40,564 nt of DNA, taken from positions 1-40,564 of the forward strand of contig JAPUIH010000383.1 in assembly GCA_027297205.1 (NCBI GenBank), given 5' to 3'. The stretch comes from SAR324 cluster bacterium (GTDB taxonomy: Bacteria; SAR324; JACQKK01). Under the pieces are notes generated by a model. The model saw only the letters and a list, made by a program, of their open reading frames with translations. It did not search any database and was not told the origin of the DNA. Position numbers and translations under genes: made by a program. Shown in pieces: positions 1 through 8,135 of this stretch (its first letter is position 1; every line of letters begins with the position of its first letter).

Positions 1-1
1 G

Positions 2-1126
2 CGGGATATGGAGGCCGGGGAACGGGCGGGGTTGGGTACGCGGCTGGACCGGCTCTTGCTGACCCCGGAGAGAATCGAGAGCATCCGCGCCGCCATTGAC
101 ACCGTGCGCGATCTGCCCGATCCGGTGGGGATGGAAATCGACGCATCGCGGCGGCCCAATGGCATGCAAGTTCGCCGGGTGCGTTGCCCGCTGGGTGTGG
201 TGGGAATTATCTACGAGGCGCGGCCCAACGTTACTGTAGATGCCTCGGTGATTTGCCTGAAAACCGGTAACGCGGTCGTGCTGAAGGGTGGCTCGGACGC
301 TATCGAGTCGAACAGAGCCATCACTGAAGCGATTCGCCGCGGCCTGGAGCGCGCGGGTCTGCCCTCTGCCGCCGTGCAGTTGTTGGATTCCACGGAGCGG
401 GCGGTGACGGGTGCGTTTTTGCAAATGCGGGGCCTGATCGACGTCATTATACCCCGCGGCAGCCTGGAGCTGATCCGCTTCACTCAGGACAATGCCAAGG
501 TTCCGGTTATCGAAACGGGCGCCTCGGTGGTGCATGCTTATGTGGATGAGGAAGTGGACGTCAACAAGGCCGTGGATTTGATCGTGAACGCGAAGACCCG
601 GCGCGTTTCCATCTGCGGGGCCCTGGACACGCTGCTGCTCCACAGTTCCATCCTGGAGGAGGTGGGGGTTCCTCTCTCCCGGCGACTGGCCGAGTGCGAC
701 CCGCCCGTTGAAGTACGGGCGGATGAGCGGGCCTATCCTGTCTTTGCGGACGCCATGGACGCGGAATACCTGAAACCTTTGGATGCACTCCAGGATTTCG
801 ATACGGAATATCTGGACTACAAAATGGCCGTGGGAACCGTGGATTCCATGGAAGAAGCTTTGGCCCATATCGAGGCCCATTCCCTCAAGCATACGGAGGC
901 CATTTACACCACCAACTCCGAAAAAGCCGAGCGGTTCATGCGCAGCGTGGATGCGGCCTGTGTGATGCACAACGTTTCAACGCAGTTCGTGGATGGCGCG
1001 GAGTTCGGCCTCGGTGCGGAAATCGGAATCAGCACCCAGAAACTGCATGTGCGAGGGCCTTTTGCCCTGGAAGGCTTGACAGGAATGAAATGGGAAATCA
1101 GGGGAGATGGCCAGACCCGGCCGTGA
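2..1126 (+). CDS. proA: gamma-glutamyl phosphate reductase, 5' end lies outside the window
   Basis: The translation carries ProA hallmarks: PLGVVGIIYEARPNVTVDASVICLKTGNAVVLKGGS, IVNAKTRR and STQKLHVRGP. The frame is open back to the window edge, and compared with E. coli ProA about 50 N-terminal residues are missing. Confidence 0.92.
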   Translation, partial: RDMEAGERAGLGTRLDRLLLTPERIESIRAAIDTVRDLPDPVGMEIDASRRPNGMQVRRVRCPLGVVGIIYEARPNVTVDASVICLKTGNAVVLKGGSDAIESNRAITEAIRRGLERAGLPSAAVQLLDSTERAVTGAFLQMRGLIDVIIPRGSLELIRFTQDNAKVPVIETGASVVHAYVDEEVDVNKAVDLIVNAKTRRVSICGALDTLLLHSSILEEVGVPLSRRLAECDPPVEVRADERAYPVFADAMDAEYLKPLDALQDFDTEYLDYKMAVGTVDSMEEALAHIEAHSLKHTEAIYTTNSEKAERFMRSVDAACVMHNVSTQFVDGAEFGLGAEIGISTQKLHVRGPFALEGLTGMKWEIRGDGQTRP

Positions 1127-1249
1127 TTCCATCATAGAAGGAAAATTCGGGTTGACTGACCCCTCACGGCGGCGGAGCGGAGTTCCGTAGCAATACATAG
1201 CGCCGCTCTCCGCGCGGGTAGGTTCCTGGTCCGCCGCCGATAATACGCC

Positions 1250-4200
1250 ATGCTGGAAATTGACTACAGCCTATTTCCACTCTCCGAGGAGGAGCACGAG
1301 CAGATTTCTGCCCGGGCGGAAAGCCTTGCGCGCCGTGGAAAGGCGCCGCCGCTCTCGCCTGCCTCCTACGGCAGGGTGGTGGTTATCAATCCATACGAGG
1401 GGCACACGCTTCACCACGTTCCCGACGATTTGCGCAGGCCGCTCCGCCGGGCCATGCTGCCGGTCTATAAGGCAAGCAAGGCGCTCACCGGCGGCCAGCT
1501 CGTAAAGGACATTCTTGAATCGACCGAGGAGCAGGTTTATCAGGTCGTTTTTGAGCTGTACTCCAAATTTCCCCACGCATTGTCATTTCTGCGCGAGATT
1601 TCGCGCGTCAAGAAAAAGTATCCTCAGTGCCGGCTGCTCATGCACGGGGAGATGGTGCGTTTTCAGGAGTTGCTCAAGGAGATCCTCAGCGAGAACGGTG
1701 CCAGTTGCGATCTGCTATTCGATCATTTCGAAGGTGCGATATCCCTGCGCAGTGTAGACCAGATTGAAAACGTGCTGGCCGAGTTGCCCCGCTATCCCAC
1801 TGTTTCCAAACCTTTTTTCTCGCATTTGCACATCAGTCAGGGAGACAAGGGGCAGAACTACAGCTTTGAGGAATTGCGGCACTTGTACCGCCAATTCGGC
1901 GTAGGCCACATCGAGGAGTTGGACATCTCCGGAAAGCTCCGGCAGAAGCTAATCATCCTGGACATACCCTTGTCCGCCATCAAGTTTCTGCGCATTGCGC
2001 CTGGGCGTGGCGACGGTATCTCCGCCATTAATCTGGACGGCCGGAAGGTTCTTCCCTCCGAGATCGCGGCGATGGGGCTGCTGGACAAGGATATTCCCAT
2101 CAGCTACGTCAAATCGGTGTATCGCAAGACCCAGGGAAAGGCAGAAGAGCAGATTTTGCTGGATCGCGTGCGCGCGCTCCGGATCAACTGCATAGAGGGG
2201 CATGTCTCGTTCTTATGGAAACCCACTGCGAGGTATATCCCGCTCTATGAAGTCAAGGGCATGCGCGTGCAGCTGGGGAAATCCAGCGCGGGCAATGGCG
2301 GGGAGGCCGTCCTCAATCCGCCGCCGGACAATGAAGTGCTGACTATCGAAAATGCAGTGATCACCGAGCAGGGACAACCGAGGTTTGGTGATATCCGCGC
2401 AGAAATCCGGCAGCGATTCCTAGAGAATGTATTTCAAGAGAATCTGGAGCGGCAGGTCAAGTTGCAGCGCTATGTTTCCAGCCTGAAGATCGCGTGCCTG
2501 GGGCCCATGGCCGCACAAACCATTCGGCTGCTGCGTCCCTATGGATTGGGCCAGTTTATTCCTCAGGAATCTCTGTACTACCTATGCGATTCCGTCGAGC
2601 AAATACCGGACTATTATCGCTCCGACGAAAGGGTGGAGCGCCTCTACGACGAGATTGTTGGGAATATCAAGGATTTGTTCGGGTTCGCGGATTCGGGAGA
2701 GATACAACCTGACCTGATCAATCACCGGCTGCCGGTCATTCAGGAATGGGCGCGGGGCGAGGTCCCTCTCGCCAGAGAAGTAACCGCGGAGCAACTGGAC
2801 GTCATCTATAAGGAAATGAAAATCTATCTGTCCTTCGTGGAAAACGAATTCCGCAGAATTAAAGCGAATGACGAGACGGATAAGGCAGTGTTCGGAACGG
2901 TGGAGCGGTGCCAGGCAACCTTGCTGCAGGTTGGGCAATTGGCCAATCTGATAGGTGGCCGGTATGGAAAGCTGCCGGACCGCCAGTCATTCCCGGATTT
3001 TGTATTTTTCAGTTCCGACAAGGATACCCTGGAAAACCGCCGATCGTATTATCTGCCCGGCCTTGCGTTTTCCGGCGTGTTTGGCGGAGACGAGATCCAG
3101 GAAATGTTTCGCTCAAACGATTTTGAATTCAGCGTGTTTCTCGAAGAACAACTGGCCCTGGCCGACTACGTCAAGTCGCAGGACTATGATGGCCAGTACG
3201 AGGCGGGTTTTTACGGCCATTACTTCGAGGGCAAGGCGGCCGAGGCCGAGAAGGAGCTTGAGAAGTTCCAGCAAACCGCGGAAAGCGTGAAGGACCCCTC
3301 GACCGATCAGTACCGGGAAGAGGTGGAACGGATGGCCGAGCACCATCGCGCCGAAGTGGAGGCCTATCGCAAGGACCGGGAGCGGCAGGTCGAAATACTG
3401 AATAGGCGGGAGTCCAACTATTTTGCGGCCTTGGGCGCGGTGAACGCTTATCTGGGTGACGTGGAATTCTCCTCGGAGCAGCCGGAATCGGGGGAAGACT
3501 ACATCCGTGCCCTGGATCAGCAACTAATTGATAAGTCCAAGGAACTGCTTGGTGAATTCAAAGAACTGGTCAGAATCAGTGCGGAAAGCACAAATTTGCT
3601 CGTGCAAGAGAAAAAGGAATCGCTCACTGCTTACCTGCTGGCCTTTTCGAAGGCGCAGAAGGCGCTCTACTCAAACATGAAGGCGGATTATGGAGTTGTA
3701 TTGGAAGAACTCTACCGGGCCGGTCTTCCGGAAATGTTGGACAAGCTGACCATCATTGCCCGCATATCCGATGATGAACTGGAAGCTGCCGAGAGTAATC
3801 TGCGCAGGCGCACAAATGCACTCAAATCGGAAATGACCGAAATCGCGGATAAAGTGAACCGCAACGTCAAGAAGAACCAGCAGACCATGGTGGCCATTCG
3901 GGAGGCTACGCGTCGGCTGGTGGCTTCCATTTCGAGCCCCGTGGAGGAGAAATTAAGCGAGGACGATCCCGCGGCGGTGGTAGCAAAACTGAAGGAGCGG
4001 CTCGAATTTGTCAAACGGGAAACCTTGAAAATTATCGCCGCTGCGGAGGCCAGCTACGAGACGGTGCAGGGGATTAAATCTCAACAGCGCAGCAGGTGCG
4101 AAAAGACCGTGGCCCTGCATATCGGCGATAACGAGCAGGCCATGATCGAAGCCCGCAAGGGAGGCTCACGCCTGGAGAGATTTATGGCGAAGAAGGTGGA

Positions 4201-5254
4201 GAAGCCGCTCCTGCCTGCGCTGGCTTTCGGGGACCGCAATTCGGCCGGCGGTTTATCGGAACAGGCGAGAATTGAAATTGCCGCGTGGCGCGAGGAAGGG
4301 GATATGCTGCGCGAATTTAGCGGGCGGGCGCTGAACTTGGAGGACATCGGCAAGGAACTGGAAACCTATCAGGAGTTTGAGAAAGTGTCGCGCGGCTTCC
4401 GGCGCGCGGTGCGGGAAAAGACCGTTACCCAGCAGGCAACGGCCAGGATCAACGAGCGCCTGGAGCAATTGGAACAGGAAAGGGAAAACATCGACCAGTT
4501 CGTGCAAGAGTGTATGCTGCCAGCCCATGCCAACTATGCGGAGCGGGTGCATATTCCCAACTTGCGCAAGCGAATCGCCTATTTCCGGCAAACCCTCACA
4601 TTCGTGCAGGCGTTGCAGGGGATATCCTTCTCTGACTTGCAGCGGAAATTTTTGGACCGGGCCATTTTCAGGCGCTTTTATGCCACCCAGTTCCGCACGG
4701 GCGCCCATTTTGGTCTGAATTCCGAATTGCCCATCTTCTCCAGACTGAGCAATATTACCGACGCGTTGTCGCTGTTTCACAGAAACCTGCTCACGACCCT
4801 GAGGGGATTTGGATACGACTCCAATGAGTTGACGCTGACCAGGCTTCCCGCGGAGCGGCCCGCCGGCGTCATACAATTCATTGAACAGCAAAAGCAGGCT
4901 TCGCCCGAACAGCGGCTGACTTATCTCATCCTCCCAGGCACCTTATCGCTTTCCCAAGCCCTCGAAATCATCCACCACAAGGAGGACTTGTACAACGGCC
5001 TGCCTCAGTTGGTGCTCATCTACGTCAGCAAATTCGACGCGGCCCTGCTCCACGAGAATCCAATCTTGCGCGAGCGCTATTTTGACGCGATGAAGCATAA
5101 CATCATCGTCAATATCGACGACGAGCACGTGATTGACAATCCAAAGACCATCGCCGATTTCCTGATCGAGCAAACCCTGGGCTGTTGCCATGACATCAAC
5201 GAGGATATGGCAACATCCATGGATATCGATAAAGCGCGAGGCGGCGTGGCGTGA
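1250..5254 (+). CDS. very large (1334 aa) hypothetical protein with a coiled-coil-rich central third; no recognisable catalytic motif
   Basis: Uninterrupted 4 kb ORF with normal-looking amino-acid composition. The central part (about nt 3170-4490) is rich in E/K/R/Q/L in a heptad-like pattern. I see no signal peptide, TM segment or P-loop. Its TGA stop overlaps the GTG start of the next gene (GTGA at 5251-5254). Confidence 0.8.
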   Translation: MLEIDYSLFPLSEEEHEQISARAESLARRGKAPPLSPASYGRVVVINPYEGHTLHHVPDDLRRPLRRAMLPVYKASKALTGGQLVKDILESTEEQVYQVVFELYSKFPHALSFLREISRVKKKYPQCRLLMHGEMVRFQELLKEILSENGASCDLLFDHFEGAISLRSVDQIENVLAELPRYPTVSKPFFSHLHISQGDKGQNYSFEELRHLYRQFGVGHIEELDISGKLRQKLIILDIPLSAIKFLRIAPGRGDGISAINLDGRKVLPSEIAAMGLLDKDIPISYVKSVYRKTQGKAEEQILLDRVRALRINCIEGHVSFLWKPTARYIPLYEVKGMRVQLGKSSAGNGGEAVLNPPPDNEVLTIENAVITEQGQPRFGDIRAEIRQRFLENVFQENLERQVKLQRYVSSLKIACLGPMAAQTIRLLRPYGLGQFIPQESLYYLCDSVEQIPDYYRSDERVERLYDEIVGNIKDLFGFADSGEIQPDLINHRLPVIQEWARGEVPLAREVTAEQLDVIYKEMKIYLSFVENEFRRIKANDETDKAVFGTVERCQATLLQVGQLANLIGGRYGKLPDRQSFPDFVFFSSDKDTLENRRSYYLPGLAFSGVFGGDEIQEMFRSNDFEFSVFLEEQLALADYVKSQDYDGQYEAGFYGHYFEGKAAEAEKELEKFQQTAESVKDPSTDQYREEVERMAEHHRAEVEAYRKDRERQVEILNRRESNYFAALGAVNAYLGDVEFSSEQPESGEDYIRALDQQLIDKSKELLGEFKELVRISAESTNLLVQEKKESLTAYLLAFSKAQKALYSNMKADYGVVLEELYRAGLPEMLDKLTIIARISDDELEAAESNLRRRTNALKSEMTEIADKVNRNVKKNQQTMVAIREATRRLVASISSPVEEKLSEDDPAAVVAKLKERLEFVKRETLKIIAAAEASYETVQGIKSQQRSRCEKTVALHIGDNEQAMIEARKGGSRLERFMAKKVEKPLLPALAFGDRNSAGGLSEQARIEIAAWREEGDMLREFSGRALNLEDIGKELETYQEFEKVSRGFRRAVREKTVTQQATARINERLEQLEQERENIDQFVQECMLPAHANYAERVHIPNLRKRIAYFRQTLTFVQALQGISFSDLQRKFLDRAIFRRFYATQFRTGAHFGLNSELPIFSRLSNITDALSLFHRNLLTTLRGFGYDSNELTLTRLPAERPAGVIQFIEQQKQASPEQRLTYLILPGTLSLSQALEIIHHKEDLYNGLPQLVLIYVSKFDAALLHENPILRERYFDAMKHNIIVNIDDEHVIDNPKTIADFLIEQTLGCCHDINEDMATSMDIDKARGGVA

Positions 5255-6393
5255 ACGTCCTGCTCAGTTCCTGTGTGCACTGGTGGAATGCCGAAGCGGC
5301 CTATGCGGCAGTGCTCGCGGAGCAGTTGCTCGCCGCGGGCCATCGCGTAACCGTATGGACCCAGGCGGGGACACACAATGCACGGGAATTGGAGCGGCGC
5401 GGGCTGCCCATTGAGACAAGTATCCCCGTGCCCGGGGGAAATCTGTTGGGGTGGCGGAGCACCCTGGCCGGATTGGCGGCCTTGCAGGCACGGCAAGGCA
5501 CAGAAATTGTGAATGTGTTCCGCTCCGCCGAGTTTCCCTTTCACCTTTGGGCGGCGCGCCATGAAAGAGGGCCGCGTGTGGTGCGCACGCGAGGCACCGC
5601 CCGGCCCATCAGGAGCGGCTGGATTAACCGGAAGATGCACCGCGACTGGTGTGGCGGGCTGATCGCATCCTCCGAGGCCGTGCGCAGGCAGATGGGGTCT
5701 GCCCTCGATTTGCCCGAGGAACGGATCCGCACGATTTACTACCCGATCGATCTACCCGATCCTGGGCAACTCACGCGGTGTGAAACAGCCCGACTGGATT
5801 TTCTGGAGGAACTGGGGATACGGGATCCCAGCCTATTGTTGGGAATCGTAGGCCGGCTATACCCGGAGAAGGGCCACGCCCGCCTGCTCGCGGCCTTGGA
5901 AAAAATCGTGCCTGCCTTCCCCAACGTGCTGTTGTTGATCCTCGCGAAATCCGCACCGGGGGAAGATCCTGAACGGCCGGCCCTGGAAAAACAAGTGCGA
6001 GAATTAGGGCTGGAAAATCACGTGCGATTCATTGGGTTCAGGGAGGATATCCGGCAACTGATGAGTTGGTTCGACATTGGTGTAATCCCTTCCCTGGACT
6101 CCGAAGTAAACTGCCGGGTAGCAGTGGAATTATTCTCGGTGGGCACGCCCGTAGTGGCGTTTCCCACCGGCGCTTTGCCGGAGGTGGTGGAACATGAATT
6201 GAGCGGGCTCGTAACCGCCACCCACAGCGAGGAAGACTTGAGCGAAGCGTTGATGCGCCTCGGCGCAGATGCCGATCTGCGCAAGCGCCTTGGACAGAGT
6301 GCCCGCGTCCAGGCGGAGCGGCGCTTTTCCCCCAAGGGCTTTCTGGAGGATACCTTGCAGGTGTTCGAAGCTGCGTTGCAGGGAACACCATAA
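5251..6393 (+). CDS. glycosyltransferase, GT4 (GT-B fold) family
   Basis: The C-terminal half is typical of GT4: GRLYPEKGHARLL, HVRFIGFREDI, PSLDSEVNCRVAVELFSVGTPVVAFPTGALPEVVEHELSGLV. The GTG start overlaps the upstream stop. Confidence 0.85.
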   Translation: MNVLLSSCVHWWNAEAAYAAVLAEQLLAAGHRVTVWTQAGTHNARELERRGLPIETSIPVPGGNLLGWRSTLAGLAALQARQGTEIVNVFRSAEFPFHLWAARHERGPRVVRTRGTARPIRSGWINRKMHRDWCGGLIASSEAVRRQMGSALDLPEERIRTIYYPIDLPDPGQLTRCETARLDFLEELGIRDPSLLLGIVGRLYPEKGHARLLAALEKIVPAFPNVLLLILAKSAPGEDPERPALEKQVRELGLENHVRFIGFREDIRQLMSWFDIGVIPSLDSEVNCRVAVELFSVGTPVVAFPTGALPEVVEHELSGLVTATHSEEDLSEALMRLGADADLRKRLGQSARVQAERRFSPKGFLEDTLQVFEAALQGTP

Positions 6394-6477
6394 CCGGATC
6401 GATGCGGCGCGGGGATTGCAGGTAGTTTTGAGGATGAGATGTGCCCATGAGATTACGCGCGGGAGATATCAACCGGG

Positions 6478-7383
6478 ATGAGCATGACTGCCACTAGAAA
6501 ATATCCGGACGGTAGGACCAGCGTCGTGGGAAGGCGGTGCATGCTGCCACTGCTGACCGCTGCTTGCCTGCTGCTCCTTGCCGGCGAGAGTCTGGCGCAA
6601 CTTAGGGATGAGTCCACCATTTCCACGGAGGGAACCCAGTTCGTCAAGCCGGAACCGCCGCCCCGGCCCGCACCGCCCGTACCTCCTGCCCGGCCCCGTA
6701 CCGCCGCCCCACGCGCTCCGGAACCTCCTGTGGTCAAGCGCCCTCCGCGCCGCGCCGCGCCGCCCCCGCGCTATCCCTCGGTGGTATTTTTGCTCGACAC
6801 TTCGGATTCCATGCTGAACAAAGTTCCAGGCAAGGGAACCACTCGGCTGGACGAGGCCAAATCCGCTTTGAGCCGCGTGGTGCAAAGCATGTCCCGGGTC
6901 ACGAGAATGCAGTTGTGGACTTTCAACACGCGCAGGAAGCCGGTAACCATCGGTGGCGCGCCTCCCGGCAGTTTTATCGCCGTGGGGCGGCCGGGTCTGC
7001 GCGAGCAGCTCGCCCGCAAAATTCAGGGCATCCGCACCGCCGGCGGCACCAACCTCTATCAGGCCATCATCCGTACCCTGGATATTTTCGGAGCCCCCGC
7101 CGATCAGCCGCTTTATCGCTCGGGCCAGCGCTTTCCAGTGCTGGTGGTGATCTCCGATGGCGAAGACGGCGGCAAGACCGGGCACACACTGGAATCCGTG
7201 CTGGCCGCCCGGCGGCGTTATCCCCTGGTGACCATCAACACCATCGGATTTCACATCTCCGGTGATGAAAAGTCGTACCAGCGATTGTGCCGCATCAGCA
7301 CCAACCCCCAGGGATGTGCTACGGCGGACAATCAACAGCAGTTGCAAAAAATTCTGGAGAGCTTCTACCAGCCGCGCGGATAA
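6478..7383 (+). CDS. exported von Willebrand factor A (vWA) domain protein with a proline-rich linker
   Basis: The N-terminal hydrophobic stretch LPLLTAACLLLLAGESLAQ looks like a signal peptide. It is followed by a Pro/Arg/Ala-rich linker, a MIDAS-type motif VVFLLDTSDSM, then GGTNLYQAI and VLVVISDGEDG. Confidence 0.85.
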   Translation: MSMTATRKYPDGRTSVVGRRCMLPLLTAACLLLLAGESLAQLRDESTISTEGTQFVKPEPPPRPAPPVPPARPRTAAPRAPEPPVVKRPPRRAAPPPRYPSVVFLLDTSDSMLNKVPGKGTTRLDEAKSALSRVVQSMSRVTRMQLWTFNTRRKPVTIGGAPPGSFIAVGRPGLREQLARKIQGIRTAGGTNLYQAIIRTLDIFGAPADQPLYRSGQRFPVLVVISDGEDGGKTGHTLESVLAARRRYPLVTINTIGFHISGDEKSYQRLCRISTNPQGCATADNQQQLQKILESFYQPRG

Positions 7384-7428
7384 GGCGGCTGGGTGTGAAG
7401 TAATAGGGGTTGCGGGCGGGCCGGGGGC

Positions 7429-8004
7429 TTAGGACCGATCCAGCAGTTGCTGAATCAACTCATCAACAGCGTCGGCACGTCCGGTGCCGGCGTGCATTTC
7501 CCCGTTGATACGGCGCACGATGTTTCCCTGCTTGTCCACGAGGTAAAAGGCGGGCCAATAGGAATTGTCCAGGGCGTTCCAGTACGCATAGTCGTTGTCC
7601 ATCATGACCGGATGCTTGATTTTGTAGCGTTTGACCGCCGCTTCCACTCGGCTGCGCGCCTTTTCGAAACTAAATTCCGGCGTGTGGATACCAATTACCT
7701 GAAGACCCTTACTCGCATATTTGTCCTCGATTCCCTGGACCCAGGGGAAGCTGCGAATGCAGTTAATTCACACGCTGGTCCAGATTTCAAGCAACACCAC
7801 CTTGCCCCTCAGATCCGATTTCTTGAGGGGCGCGGAGTTGATCCAGAATTCCGCGGAGGAAGTGGTGAACTCCGGCATCGTCCCGGCCGCCTGCGCCTGA
7901 TTGGTGCGAAAGGACGGACCCCACAATAATGCTCCCGCCGCCAGCAGCATCAACCCGGCGGCAATCCAGAATCTTGGCATTGTAATGATTGAACTCTCCC
8001 TCAT
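7429..8004 (-). CDS. TlpA/ResA/DipZ-type thioredoxin-fold redoxin with an in-frame TGA at the first Cys of CxxC (candidate selenoprotein, UxxC)
   Basis: ORFs 7768..8004 and 7429..7647 share one frame (576 nt in total). The only interruption is the TGA at 7768-7770. Read-through gives GKVVLLEIWTSV-U-INCIRSFPWVQGIEDKYASKGLQVIGIHTPEFSFEK...YWPAFYLVDKQGNIV. There is a GGAG ribosome-binding site 9 nt before the ATG at 8004, and the N-terminus has a hydrophobic anchor or signal segment. Confidence 0.8.
7731..7770 (-). promoter_or_regulatory. candidate bacterial SECIS element downstream of the redoxin UGA
   Basis: The mRNA reads UGA AUUAA CUGC-AUUC-GCAG C UUCCC(C)UG-GGUC-CAGGGAA. The second hairpin (7731-7749) has 7 bp, a single-nucleotide 5'-side bulge and a GGUC apical tetraloop. 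The loop starts 29 nt after the U of the UGA. Confidence 0.5.
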
Positions 8005-8135
8005 AATGGACGCTCCACGCTTCTCAGACTGTGAGTATGGGCAGTGGCCCCTGATTGCGGCAAGAGAAAAGGACCGCCCAGCTTAGAGTATGGAAGAATC
8101 CATTGGGTTCGCGTCAATCGCTGGAAGTTTCATGC

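Noticed and set aside
6650-6780. A proline-codon-rich stretch in the vWA gene as a possible tandem DNA repeat.
   Set aside because: It is compositional low complexity (CCG/CCC/GCC codons) with no exact repeating unit. It simply encodes the Pro-rich linker.
7768-7770. Alternative explanations for the two in-frame TGAs (7768-7770 and 18188-18190): TGA reassigned to Trp or Gly genome-wide, or simple pseudogenes.
   Set aside because: Many genes in the window terminate cleanly at TGA (proA, the 1334-aa ORF, tkt, nuoJ, nuoM), so there is no global reassignment. Both TGAs align to catalytic Cys rather than to Trp or Gly. The downstream frames remain intact and conserved-looking, which argues against decay. 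A sequencing error from TGC or TGT cannot be excluded from the sequence alone.
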